A stretch of DNA of 63,125 nt, counting the filler, from Chrysochromulina tobinii (lineage: Eukaryota): the NCBI GenBank assembly GCA_001275005.1. It is 11 parts of 11 records of this genome, joined end to end, with 100 filler letters (N's around TTAATTAATTAA, not from the genome) between each part and the next. Parts side by side here need not be neighbours in the genome. Positions count along the whole stretch, not along the records: positions 15,520 to 28,652 come from JWZX01000081.1; positions 28,753 to 30,894 come from JWZX01000083.1; positions 30,995 to 32,546 come from JWZX01000084.1; 8 more parts are not named here. One strand, written 5' to 3'. The notes under the pieces are model-generated. The model was not told where the DNA came from and did not search any database. It saw only the letters and a program-made list of their open reading frames with translations. Positions 21,983 through 32,646 of the stretch are shown piece by piece. Every line of letters begins with the position of its first letter. Position 1 is the stretch's first letter. Made by a program: the position numbers and the translations under genes.

Positions 21983-22170
21983 TGCCTCTGAGCGCGGGCA
22001 AGTCGGTGAGCCAGAGCGCCGCTTGACCACAACAGCCCAAGAAGAGGGAGGTGCTCGGCGCGACGCGTTCCGAAGCTCATGCGTGCGTGCGTGCGTGCGG
22101 GGCTTGTGTGGCGGGGAAAGCCTGGCGGAGGTTACGATTGTCGCCGACCCAAAACTTCATCGTGAAACCG

Positions 22171-22887
22171 ATGTCTTCGTCGCCATCGAATCGCCGATTG
22201 AACGATAGGAAGATCATGACAGGGAAGCGAAGGAGGCTCCGCCCTTCCGTCGTGCCTCCACTGCCCTCGGAGCTCCCGCTGTGCCAGTGGGCCGCCGCGC
22301 ATCTCCCGACTGCCACAAAGTCGGAACCTTCGAGTGACGAGACTTCGAGCTCTCCTTCTCCGACATCGACTTCGAGCAGCACTGCGGATGAGGCCGAGAA
22401 GCGCCAGCCGTTTCTCCAGCGCGCACTGCAGGCCGGCCGCAACCTTGTAGCCGAAATCGTGGGTAAGCGTCCATCCTCCGATATCACCTTGAAGAAGAAG
22501 AAGAAGAAGAGGAGGAAAAAGAGCCACGAGCTGCCGCAGGCCAATGACAGCAGCCGGGATGCTCTCGCACTATTGGCTCCACAGCCGGGATGCTCTAAGT
22601 GCAGATCCACGGGCTGTTCGCGATGCCGTGCGCTCGCATTCATCGGACCGGCGGCCGCGCCCAGTTCGGATGGTGCCAAGCGGCTGGCCGCCTCACCGGC
22701 AGTGTCGCAGGCTCCGCCGACCAAACGCGCAAAGCTCTCTCAGGCGCCGACGCCTGCAGCATCGCCTCGCACGTGTGCGCCGAAGGCTGAAGCATCGGAG
22801 CGTAGCTCCATGGCCGCGGTAACTTCTCCAAGCAAGGCCGCTGCCATGGCCAGCAAGGCCACAGACACCGCAGCAGCAGCAGACACC

Positions 22888-22946
<59 letters not shown>

Positions 22947-23916
22947 GGGAGGCAAGGCGATCGCCGCTGGCGCCAAAGCCCCTGCCACTGCCGGCACGGT
23001 GTCGTCCGCGTCGCCGCGACCAGCGTCCGCGCTCCGACCGGTGCGCTGCGACCGATGCGACGGCCAGCACGCGAGCGCTCTGTGCCCTCACTTCAAAAAG
23101 GCGCGCGACTCGCACCCCGACGCGCAGCCCGGCCGGATGCTGAAGGGGCTCGGGAGGTCGAGCGGGCCGCCGCTGCTGCTCCGTAATGGGACGGTCCGGC
23201 CGCAGCCGCCGGATGGCTCGTGCCTCTTCCACAGCCTGCGCTTTGGGCTCAGTCGCATCGCGGCCGCACGCAATGTGCCCAATGTGCCCACGAGCACGCA
23301 TGGGCTGAGATCGCATCTCGCGCGCTGGGTGGGCGCGCATGCGTCGCTCCGGCTCGCGGACACGCCGCTCTCGTCGTGGGTGCAGTGGGACAGCGGGCTG
23401 TCGACTAAGGCGTACGCCGACCGAATGGGACGCTCTGGCTGGGGAGGTGGCATCGAGATCGCGGCGTGCTCGCACTCGTTTGCGGTCAACGTGTGGGTCT
23501 ACGAGAAGCGACGCGGCAACGGCGGCTTCGAGCGCATCTCGACGTTTGATGCGCCCAAGACGGCGTCGGGCTCGAGTGCGGCGGGTGCCGTCTCCCCACA
23601 CGGTCTCGAGCGTACAGTGCACGTACTCTACAAAGGAGGCTGCCACTATGACGCGCTCCTCCCAGACGACGGCGAGCTCGCCGCTTTCCTTGCCGCGAGC
23701 CCGCGCCAGCACGCCGGCGCGGGCTCAGGCGGGTGCGCGCAGTCAGCGTCGCCAGCGATGGCGCCGAGCAGCGCACGCCAAAACCATGCGAGCGGCAGCG
23801 GCAAGGGCGCAGCGGCAGGAGGAAAGGGCGGCAAGGGCTCCCCAACTGGCTCACCGCGATGGGGCGGCGCGCGCGGCGGCAATCGGTTTGGGAAGGTGCC
23901 TTGGCATAGGCGTTGA
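22171..23916 (+). CDS. OTU-domain deubiquitinase with Cys-rich motifs and a poly-Ala tract
   Basis: DGSCLFHSL, WGGGIEI, HVLYKGGCHYDAL; CDRCDGQHASALC knuckle; poly-Lys NLS; (GCA)n. Confidence 0.85.
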
Positions 23917-24425
23917 GCGGTGAAATATTAAGAAGAGCCGAATCCACAGTTGGTCTCTGTTCACACACACCAGAGAACATAAGCAAGTTTCCCGGTTAAG
24001 TTTCCTGGTGACCGTGTCCCGCCGCGTGTGCGCACTGTCAGCCGGTCACAAGGTCGTCACAACGCCGTCCCATCTTCTCATGTCGCACGGCCGCCATACT
24101 CTTACGCCGACATCCCCTTCAAATTCCCCCACCGCAATTCAGGGGGTCCTGCCAATGTGTAGGTAGCTTGGTAAGTTACAAGTCTCTCTCACACACAGAC
24201 TGTCACCAGACTCAAGTGACAAGAGCGACGCCCTTGGAGCGACGTGCGCTAGAAACGCCGGTCGCCACCGCCCCCACACAGCGAGCTCAGCGTGTGTCAT
24301 TGCTTCACAGAACACAGTTCGTGGACAGGCAGTCGACCGCTAGCAAAGCACAGCTAGCAAAACACCGAGCCCACCGAGCCCAACGAACTGTGAAGCGAGC
24401 CGTGCGTTTGACGATTCCGAGGTTA

Positions 24426-25268
24426 ATGGCCTCGCCCGTCGAACTAGGCATTCTGAACGCTGTGCTCCACGCAGCAGCAGCTCAGGCGGCTGAGAGAGCC
24501 GACAAGATTCAGGAGGTCACGTCTGCCGCATTCGATGAGGATTTCGACAAGCGTGACTTGCCAATGCTCATCAGCTTTATGGAAGAGGAAGAAGCCAGGC
24601 TTGCCAGCGAAGTAGATGCACTCAGACTAAAGCTGGCCAATAGATCCGCCCCGAAGCCCGCGCCCAAGCCCCAACGCCAAGCCGCTGCCTCGGCCCAGGA
24701 TGCCCATACCTCGGCCCAGGAGGCTATGATGAAGCAGCTACCGACCGAGCATCTCGCACGGATCCTTGCCGAGCTGCGTGGGCAGACGGCCTCGAGCCAA
24801 GTGCCGATGGAGCCGCCGCCAGCACGGCCATTGTCCCATCGCTCGCTGCCACCCTCGATCTCTCTGGCCCCGGGAGAGACGACCACGCTGGTCGACATCC
24901 TGGCGATGATGCGCGAGATGCCCACACCGGCCCTCGCCGAGTTCTTGACGACGCTTCGTGGCGTCAGCCGCGGAGGCGGCTCGCGGCTCGAGCTCACGAA
25001 TACAGAGGTTCCGCAGCCGCACGTGCCCATGGCCGTGCCGCCGCCGCCATCGCCTTCGGTCCTGCAGTCGGGCCGCGCACAGCTGCTCCGAGCGATCCTG
25101 CTCAACTTCTTCACTAAGCATCAGCCCTCCGCGCTGCACACGGTCGAACAGCTCTGTGGGCTCGTGGTGGGCGATGGCGCCATCTGGACAGAGGGGGAGC
25201 TCTTCCAGAAGCTCGAAGCGCGCTACGGCGTGCGCGTGGACATCGACCCGCACGGACACGACGGTTAG
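24426..25268 (+). CDS. Hypothetical protein
   Basis: ORF with host-like codon use and a coiled-coil N-terminus; no recognised family. Confidence 0.55.
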   Translation: MASPVELGILNAVLHAAAAQAAERADKIQEVTSAAFDEDFDKRDLPMLISFMEEEEARLASEVDALRLKLANRSAPKPAPKPQRQAAASAQDAHTSAQEAMMKQLPTEHLARILAELRGQTASSQVPMEPPPARPLSHRSLPPSISLAPGETTTLVDILAMMREMPTPALAEFLTTLRGVSRGGGSRLELTNTEVPQPHVPMAVPPPPSPSVLQSGRAQLLRAILLNFFTKHQPSALHTVEQLCGLVVGDGAIWTEGELFQKLEARYGVRVDIDPHGHDG

Positions 25269-25429
25269 CTGAGGCTGTGTTCATCCAGGTTGCACCGAGC
25301 TTCGCAGCTGCTTGTTTCTGCGAGTGTCGTGTCGTCAAGGGTCGTGTCGTCAAAGCCGAAGCGCACAAAATGTCTCTTATCAGCACTATTCACAGATATT
25401 TGCGGCCGAAACCGCCCATTCACATTTAC

Positions 25430-26173
25430 ATGCGCCTCGAGCTGCTCGCGTGGCTTCTCGGCGTCGCATCCGCAACAACAGTGACCTTTCGATACACGGC
25501 ATCTCCAAGAATGTCTGCTGCTACTCCCGAGAGCGTCTCGATCCATCCAAAGCTCCTCGTCTTTGACCTCGACGCGTGCCTCTGGGACAAGGAGATGTTT
25601 GAGATGGAGGCGATTCCGACGGAGTCGGACGCAGTGCTTGGCGATCTGAACGGCCGTGGCACAGGATGCGTGGGCGTCATGTCGGCCCGTGATAAGATCT
25701 CATTGCATCGGGGTGCACTGCTGGCCCTGCAAGAGCACGCGGACGGCCGCTATCCAGGCATGCGAGTCGCGCTGGCGAGCAGTGCAAATACGCCGTTTGC
25801 AGAGCGCGTCGGGCGCAAGGCACTCGCGATGCTCGAGGTTCTTCCCGGTTTGACGGTGTGGGATCTTCTCATGCGGGACTGGGGTGGCGTCGACGTCAAC
25901 CAAATCGGGCGGCAGCCTCCGCTCTCGCCAAATAAGGCTGAGACTCACTTCCCTCGGCTGCGGGAGGCGACGGGCATCGGCTTTGACCAGATGCTCTTCT
26001 TCGACGACTGCAACTGGTCCGACCACTGCGCCATGGTGGCGAACCAGTGCAAGGAGGCGAGTGGGCTCGGCGTCGTCACGCTCCGCACGCCCCGCGGTCT
26101 CGGTGTGGACGAGTGGCGCGCAGGCCTCGAGGCATGGCGTGTCGAGAGACGCATAGCAGGCGTCGAGCCCTAG
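25430..26173 (+). CDS. MDP1: Magnesium-dependent phosphatase 1 (MDP-1, HAD IIIC) with an N-terminal signal-like peptide
   Basis: PKLLVFDLDACLW (DxD), VALASS, K..HF, MLFFDD. Confidence 0.82.
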   Translation: MRLELLAWLLGVASATTVTFRYTASPRMSAATPESVSIHPKLLVFDLDACLWDKEMFEMEAIPTESDAVLGDLNGRGTGCVGVMSARDKISLHRGALLALQEHADGRYPGMRVALASSANTPFAERVGRKALAMLEVLPGLTVWDLLMRDWGGVDVNQIGRQPPLSPNKAETHFPRLREATGIGFDQMLFFDDCNWSDHCAMVANQCKEASGLGVVTLRTPRGLGVDEWRAGLEAWRVERRIAGVEP

Positions 26174-26416
26174 GCATTCGGGCGCCCTTTTCGTCGAGGG
26201 CAAATCATAATAAGTGTCTGACTGGGGGCGCCGACCCGAGTCGATAGCCGCATAGATGGGTCTATGGGGATACATTCCTATACCCCCTTATTTGTTATTA
26301 CGTTACGAATGATGGTGCCGGCCGGCGCTCCCTCGGCCCTCGCCCGGTCGGGTTGGCGCGGCCGCGGCGCGGGCTCGGCCCGGCTCGCGATCGGCAATCT
26401 CGTTATGCCCTGGCCC

Positions 26417-26840
26417 CAGGGCTCCGCAATACGCAATACGCAATACGCAATACGCAATACGCAATACGCAATACGCAATACGCAATACGCAATACGCAAT
26501 ACGCAATACCCAATACGCAATACCCAATACGCAATACCCAATACGCAATACGCAATACGCAATACGCAATACGCAATACGCAATACGCAATACGCAATAC
26601 GCAATACGCATGCAATACGCAAAACGCAAAACGCAAAACGGGTCAAAGTGGGCTGGCCCGTACGCACTACGCAATACGCAATACGCAATGCGGGTCAAAG
26701 TGGGTTGGTAAATACGCAATACGCAATACGCAATACGCAATGCTGCTCAAAGCGGGTACCGTGGTACGCAATACGCAATACGCAATACGCAAACCGCAAA
26801 AAGTCAACGGTACGCAATACGCAATACGCAATACGCAAAC
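26417..26840. repeat. AATACGC 7-mer tandem array, likely a transposon subterminal region starting CAGGG
   Basis: About 26 consecutive units (26425-26610), then interrupted blocks. Confidence 0.85.
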
Positions 26841-27429
26841 AGACGTGGCAGGGTGATAACTCGTTGACCTGGCAGGCATACAACTTCGCGTGCAAGAAAT
26901 ACGTCTTGACAGCTGCGCACATGTTCTTGCACACTTGATACAATGCCATTATGACCAAGTTGAGCTCGTCAAAGCCAAGGACATTGGTAATGTCAGGCGC
27001 TGCCGCCGCCTGCATGTCACCCGGTGCCGCGATCGTTCTCCGCGGCGTCTGGCGGGCGGGCGAGTCGACCGGGCGGTTTGTAACGCTAGCCTTCGCTGCC
27101 GCCTCAGCTGCCCTGGTGGTCATCTCCTGGGCCGCGCGCTCCTCCTCCTCCAGCTGACCCCGCCCGGCCTTGGCGATTTCTTCGGCCTTGTGACTTTTTG
27201 CCGCCGTCGGCTTGATGGCTTTCTTCGTGGCTCCCTTGCCAGTCACAACGTATCGAATGATGGTGGGCGGCCTTTCGGGCGAGAACACGCTCTGGCCGAA
27301 GACCACCTGACGCGGAAACATTCTGGAAACGCGCGTGCACAAGAAAAGCTGGTGGCGAGGGCGCGGAAGAACGCAAAAATTAAATGGTTTTTGTTTATCT
27401 CCCTTTTCCCAGGTCAACTAGTTATCACC

Positions 27430-27935
27430 CGAGCAGGGTGATGCACAGGAAGACACCGCACGAGTTGCCGTCCATCTGCTGCGCCACGCCAGACATTGGC
27501 GATTCAAATAACACCAAGCGTCAACTCCTGTAAGCTCCTCGATGCCCTGGAGCAGAATGCGGCCGTGCTCCGTCTTTGTATGACCCGTGGAATCATATAG
27601 ATTTCGACCCGCTGGAACTTGAACATGACGCGCATCAGCGCCCAGTGCCAGTCCTTGAGGTTGAAGTTGACAAAGAGCTCCTCAGCGCCTGCAAGAACAC
27701 TGGCCGCTCGGTCGCGCAGAAAGTTAGTGCGCATCACAAGTTCGTGCTCATCACAAGCCATCTCGCCGAGATTGCCGTCCACCGAGTGGAACCCCAGCGT
27801 GCCTGTCTTGTCGAGCGAGCGCGAATGCACACCCGGGAGGAAGACACGCAGTGCCCCAGGTTTGGCGGTCGCCAACGGCGGAATGAGCTTGGACAAGTAA
27901 GCGTCCACTGTGAAGTTGGTGAGCCATCCACTCGA
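27430..27935 (-). pseudogene. Ulp1/C48 SUMO-protease-like domain, frameshifted, probably transposon-borne
   Basis: GWLTNFTVDAYL, NFNLKDWHWAL, EIY/DS (AT slip near 27595), then QQMDGNSCGVFLC in another frame near 27460. Confidence 0.75.
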
Positions 27936-28784
27936 ATTCCAGATTGAGCCATTCGTGCTGAGGACACGCCGAATGTCGTTGGACTACCTTAAAATTCAGT
28001 ACGGACTGCTCGATTTCCTTCCAGTTACAGTGTGGGGGGGCAAGTTTTACTTTCAGTGTCAGTGAAATTCAGTGCTGGCCGCTGGCCTGCACTGAAAGTA
28101 GCAGTGCGGGCGCTCTGCGCCCGCTGAGACGTCAGCATTCAGTGTCCACTTTCACTGTTTGAAGTGTGGATGTCGTTCTTGTCATTGAAAAGCAGGCCGT
28201 CCTGATGCGCATAGAACTCGAGGTCCTTTCCCCACGATTCGATTACGATTCGATCAAGCGATTGTCACTCTCAACATCAGGAATCAACGTGGCATTACAT
28301 GCGAGCTTCATTTGAAGCCGGTGTGGTGCCACGTACATCGCCTTGCACTTGCCGCCCACCTGTTGAGCGATGCGAAGCTGCCCGACATCCAGGCTGACAT
28401 CAAGGTGTGGCGCCGCCACATCGCGGCCACCGTCGGTTCTGTCACACACTGCATGATGAAGACGTCGGCATGATGAAGACGTAATCTTGGAATGGGAGCA
28501 GCAGCGTCAAAACGGATCCGTCGGTGATGAGAGTCAGGGAACACGTCGACTGTACGTGCGTTTGTGATGGGAACTGTTTTGTGATCTCTGTACTGTCTCA
28601 CAGTCTGTCATGCTCTCTCGTCTCTGTGCGAACACTACAATGCAGTGCGCAANNNNNNNNNNNNNNNNNNNNNNNNNNNNNNNNNNNNNNNNNNNNTTAA
28701 TTAATTAANNNNNNNNNNNNNNNNNNNNNNNNNNNNNNNNNNNNNNNNNNNNACGGATCCAGAGATTAGGCCTGAGACGAGCTT

Positions 28785-30890
28785 CCCAAGCTCATAATGT
28801 CTCGAGTAAGGCCAGCCTGAGACGAGCCGAGGAGTACTCGAGGCTCGAGATGTCTCGAGTAAGGCTGCACAAGCCCGAAGGCGTGGAAGTTCAAGAATAG
28901 ATCCGGAGATCGTAAGAGCACCGCAAGATGTTGATGATAATTGGCCTGAGACGGATCTCGAGGGCCGTGGTAAGGTGCCGCATGATGTGGAAAGGAGTGC
29001 CATAATTGCCATAATTGCCGCCCGTGCGAAGAGGAAGGAGGCCAGCAGATACCCAGAGAGGAGATGGTCGCAGAATAGACAGATCAGGAGCAGGCCGCTG
29101 GCCAGCCCCCAAGCGCATCACTTGATCTTCTGCTTCTTGCCCTTGGGCTGCCCTCCGTCATCCTTCTCCACCGGCACCGACATGTCGCGGTCGCGGTTCA
29201 CCTTCGCCGAGTTGAAGTCCTTTGGCGTGGTATGCTTCGCCGACGTAAGTGAGGTGTGGCCTTCCTTACCCCAATGAGGGCAGAGCGCCAGCCGATCAGC
29301 CCCCTTCTTGATGGAGAGGAGCACGGGAAAGCAATGATCCTTGTCGAGCGCGTAGTGGCTCCCGATCGCGGCCACGTCGTACACCCTGTTGCCGAGCTTC
29401 ATGTGGGTGGCGTCCGGCCACGTCGCAGCACCTCGAGCCGCGCCGGGCTTGCCCCCGCCACGCCCGCCGTCCTCACCGCCTTTCCCGCGGCCTCCGCCTT
29501 TGCCTTTGCCTTTACCCGGGACGACCAACGCATCCGTTACGGTGACGAGGGCGGCACTGCTCGTACCGCACGCGCAAATGCTCTTCGAGGGGGTGTTCAG
29601 TTTGCTGTGCAGATCAGGAGCAGGCCGCTGGCCAGCCCCCAAGCGCATCACTTGGTCTTCTGCTTCTTGCCCTTGGGCTGCCCTCCGTCATCCTTCTCCA
29701 CCGGCACCGACATGTCGCGGTCGCGGTTGGTCGGCAGATTAGTTAGAAGGGGTCGGCAAAGGGGTCGGCAGATTAGTTAGAAGGGGTCGGCAGAGGGGTC
29801 GGCAGAAGGGGTCGGTAAGGGTTCGGCAGGGGGTTCGGTAGCTGACTAACCATTGGGGGGTCTGCAGACCGTCTGCAGACAGGCCCTCATCGAGTGCAGC
29901 GCTGCCCATGGCCGCATGCTGAGCCACCCGGAGCCGGCGTCGGCCAAGCTCACCTTCCACCTCGCGTTCGGCGGGCCCTACGACAACGGCATCGCGGAGA
30001 AGAAGAGAGGCGTGAAGCCTATCGTCTTCATACGCAAAGCCCTCCCGAGCCTGTTCAAAGCCTCGGCACCGCGCTCTTACCCCGGTGTCAACTTGGGCGC
30101 AGGCTCGAGCAGTGCCGCCCTTGTCACCGTAACGGATGCGTTGGTCGTCCCGGGTAAAGGCAAAGGCGGAGGCCGCGGAAAAGGCGGTGAGGACGGCGGG
30201 CGTGGCAAACCCGGCTCGGCTCGAGGCGCTGCGACTTGGCCGGACGCCACCCACATGAAGCTCGGCAACAGGGTGTACGACGTGGCCGCGATCGGGAACC
30301 ACTACGCGCTCGACAAGGATCACTGCTTTCCTGTGCTCCTCTCCATCAAGAAGGGGGCTAATCGGCTGGCGCTCTGCCCTCATTATGGTAAGGAAGGCCA
30401 CACTTCACTTACGTCGGCGAAGCATACCACGCCAAAGGACTTCAACTTGGCGAAGGTGAACCGCGACCTCGCCATGTCGGTGCCGGTGGAGAAGGATGAC
30501 GGAGGGCAGCCCAAGGGCAAGAAGCAGAAGACCAAGTGACGCGCTTGGGGGCTGGCCAGCGGCCTGCTCCTGATCTGTCTGTTCTGCGACCATCTCCTCT
30601 CTGGGTATCTGCTGGCTTCCTTCCTCTTCACACGGGCGGCGATTATGGCACTCCTCTCCACATCATGCGGCACCTTACCACGGCCCTCGAGATCCGTCTC
30701 AGGCCAGTTATCATCAACATCTTGCGGCGCTCTTACGATCTCCGGATCTATTCTTGAACTTCCACGCCTTCGGGCTCGTGCAGCCACTCGTTCGAACGAG
30801 TGGCCGATACCGTCTCGGTCGACGTGGTCTACACTTCGCTGTACCACCGACTCAGGCTGGCCTTACTCGAGACATTATGAGCTTGGGCAG
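28785..30890. repeat. Large inverted duplication (about 28785-29563 vs 30106-30890) of a retroelement-like ORF end
   Basis: ORFs 29118..29651(-) and 29853..30539(+) encode nearly the same protein. 29610-29727 directly repeats 29080-29197. An AGAAGGGGTCGGC tandem lies in the spacer. Confidence 0.85.
29853..30539 (+). CDS. Gag-like C-terminal fragment (Gly/Lys-rich + Cys/His cluster)
   Basis: GKGKGGGRGKGG followed by HCFPV..CPHYGKEGH..H; the family assignment is inferred. Confidence 0.35.
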   Translation: MGGLQTVCRQALIECSAAHGRMLSHPEPASAKLTFHLAFGGPYDNGIAEKKRGVKPIVFIRKALPSLFKASAPRSYPGVNLGAGSSSAALVTVTDALVVPGKGKGGGRGKGGEDGGRGKPGSARGAATWPDATHMKLGNRVYDVAAIGNHYALDKDHCFPVLLSIKKGANRLALCPHYGKEGHTSLTSAKHTTPKDFNLAKVNRDLAMSVPVEKDDGGQPKGKKQKTK

Positions 30891-31144
30891 CTCGNNNNNN
30901 NNNNNNNNNNNNNNNNNNNNNNNNNNNNNNNNNNNNNNTTAATTAATTAANNNNNNNNNNNNNNNNNNNNNNNNNNNNNNNNNNNNNNNNNNNNCCGTCA
31001 GCGCCTTCGGAGGCTTCCATGGCCTGCCCGGCGGCCCGGCGATGGCGAAAGCCTCAATTGTTGAGTTTTACATGGGACGATATTGCCAAAAAACCCTGAA
31101 TTCCTCAGGGCATCTTTAACCGTTGGGGTCAGCGGCAGGCTGTG

Positions 31145-31645
31145 ATGTCGTCCAGCGTCCCGCTAACCGAGCGAGTAGCGGCGACCTTGAATCGCCACGC
31201 CGAGGAGCGATGCCATTTCGATGAGCGCCATGCTATGGAGCTCCATGAGCTTATTGAGTTTGGCATGAGCGCTGACGATTGTGAGGCCGTCCGGCCGGCG
31301 ATCCCAAGCTTTGTGCAGCTGCTCAAGCTTAGCGGCGGAGCTTCAGTGGCTGCATCGATCCTGCTCACGCTCTCCCGCTCCATCGATACTGCCCGTGATG
31401 CCATCCGAGAGGCGGGCGCCATCCCGCCGCTCGTGGCGTTGCTGCATGCGGGGGCTGAGTCGGAGGCGGCGAAGATTGCGGCTTGGGCGTTGGAGAGCCT
31501 CGCCTCCGACAACCCCACCAACCGAGATGCCATCCGAGAGGCGGGCGCCATCCCGCCGCTCGTGGCGTTGCTGCATTCGGGGGTCGACTCGGAGGCGGCG
31601 AAGAGTGCGGCCGAAACACTGAACGTCCTCGCAACTAGCCCCACC
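31145..31645 (+). pseudogene. Armadillo-repeat protein truncated by a minisatellite/insertion
   Basis: Two AIREAGAIPPLVALL ARM repeats, cut off abruptly at the 65-bp array. Confidence 0.7.
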
Positions 31646-31992
31646 ATTTTGGAATCGGTCCTGCGGCATGTTGGGGTTTGCGGCATTGGGTCTTTTGTCA
31701 TCCTCCGCCTATTTTGGAATCGGTCTTGCGGCATTTTGGGGTTTGCGGCATTGGATCTTTTGTCATCCTCCGCCTATTTTGGAATCGGTCCTGCGGCATT
31801 TTGGGGTTTGTGGCATTGGATCTTTTGTCATCCTCCGCCTATTTTGGAATCGGTCCTGCGGCATGTTGGGGTTTGCGGCATTGGATCTTTTGTCATCCTC
31901 CGCCTATTTTGGAATCGGTCCTGCGGCATTTTGGGGTTTGCGGCATTGGGTCTCTTGTCATCCTCCGCCTATTTTGGAATCGGTCCTGCGGC
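31646..31992. repeat. 65-bp minisatellite x5.3
   Basis: Units start at 31646, 31711, 31776, 31841, 31906 and 31971. Confidence 0.95.
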
Positions 31993-32011
31993 GTAAAAAA
32001 GACACGGAGAA

Positions 32012-32546
32012 ATGGCAACAATATGTGTGTACTGCCATATATTCGAGCGGCAAGATGCCCAACACGCGACGAAGTCGTTGCCAACGAGTCACAAAGCATC
32101 GCGGCTAGGACCCCACTGTGATGGGTGCCACCGCAAGTTGATGAATTGGCGGCGGGTGTCCCCCGAGCAGATCGATCGGCTGCAGGAACTCGGTGTCGGG
32201 CCGCCGCTCAGTCAGCAACAGCAGCAGCCGAAGCAGCGGTTGTTGGCTTCCTCAGGAGGCGATGTCATGCCGCCGCCGCATCAGCACCAGCATCACCAGC
32301 ACCAGCACCAGCAGCCTCAGCCTCAGCGGCAGCCGCAGCATCAGCATCAGCATCAGCATCAGCACGATCTGCAGCAGCAGCATCCGCAGCAGCAGCAGCA
32401 GCCTCCCTCGCCGCAGCAGCAGTTGCAGCAGCCCCATAGAGGCAAGCTACCCATAGAGGGCGTCGGCATGGCATCGGCATGTCAGCCATATCGGGCGAAT
32501 CCGTATGGCATTTTCTCAGCGAACCTCAGCGGCATGAGCGGTGGCG
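32012..32546 (+). CDS. Hypothetical CxxC..CxxC protein with a Q/H-rich tract, 3'-partial
   Basis: CVYC...CDGC, SPEQIDRLQELG, poly-QH. Confidence 0.45.
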
Positions 32547-32646
32547 NNNNNNNNNNNNNNNNNNNNNNNNNNNNNNNNNNNNNNNNNNNNTTAATTAATT
32601 AANNNNNNNNNNNNNNNNNNNNNNNNNNNNNNNNNNNNNNNNNNNN

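Noticed and set aside
26264..26938. ORFs with AIRNTQY / LRIAYCV repeats
   Set aside because: These are translations of a 7-bp non-coding tandem repeat.
31646..31992. CRISPR-like or multi-TM protein
   Set aside because: Head-to-tail minisatellite without unique spacers.
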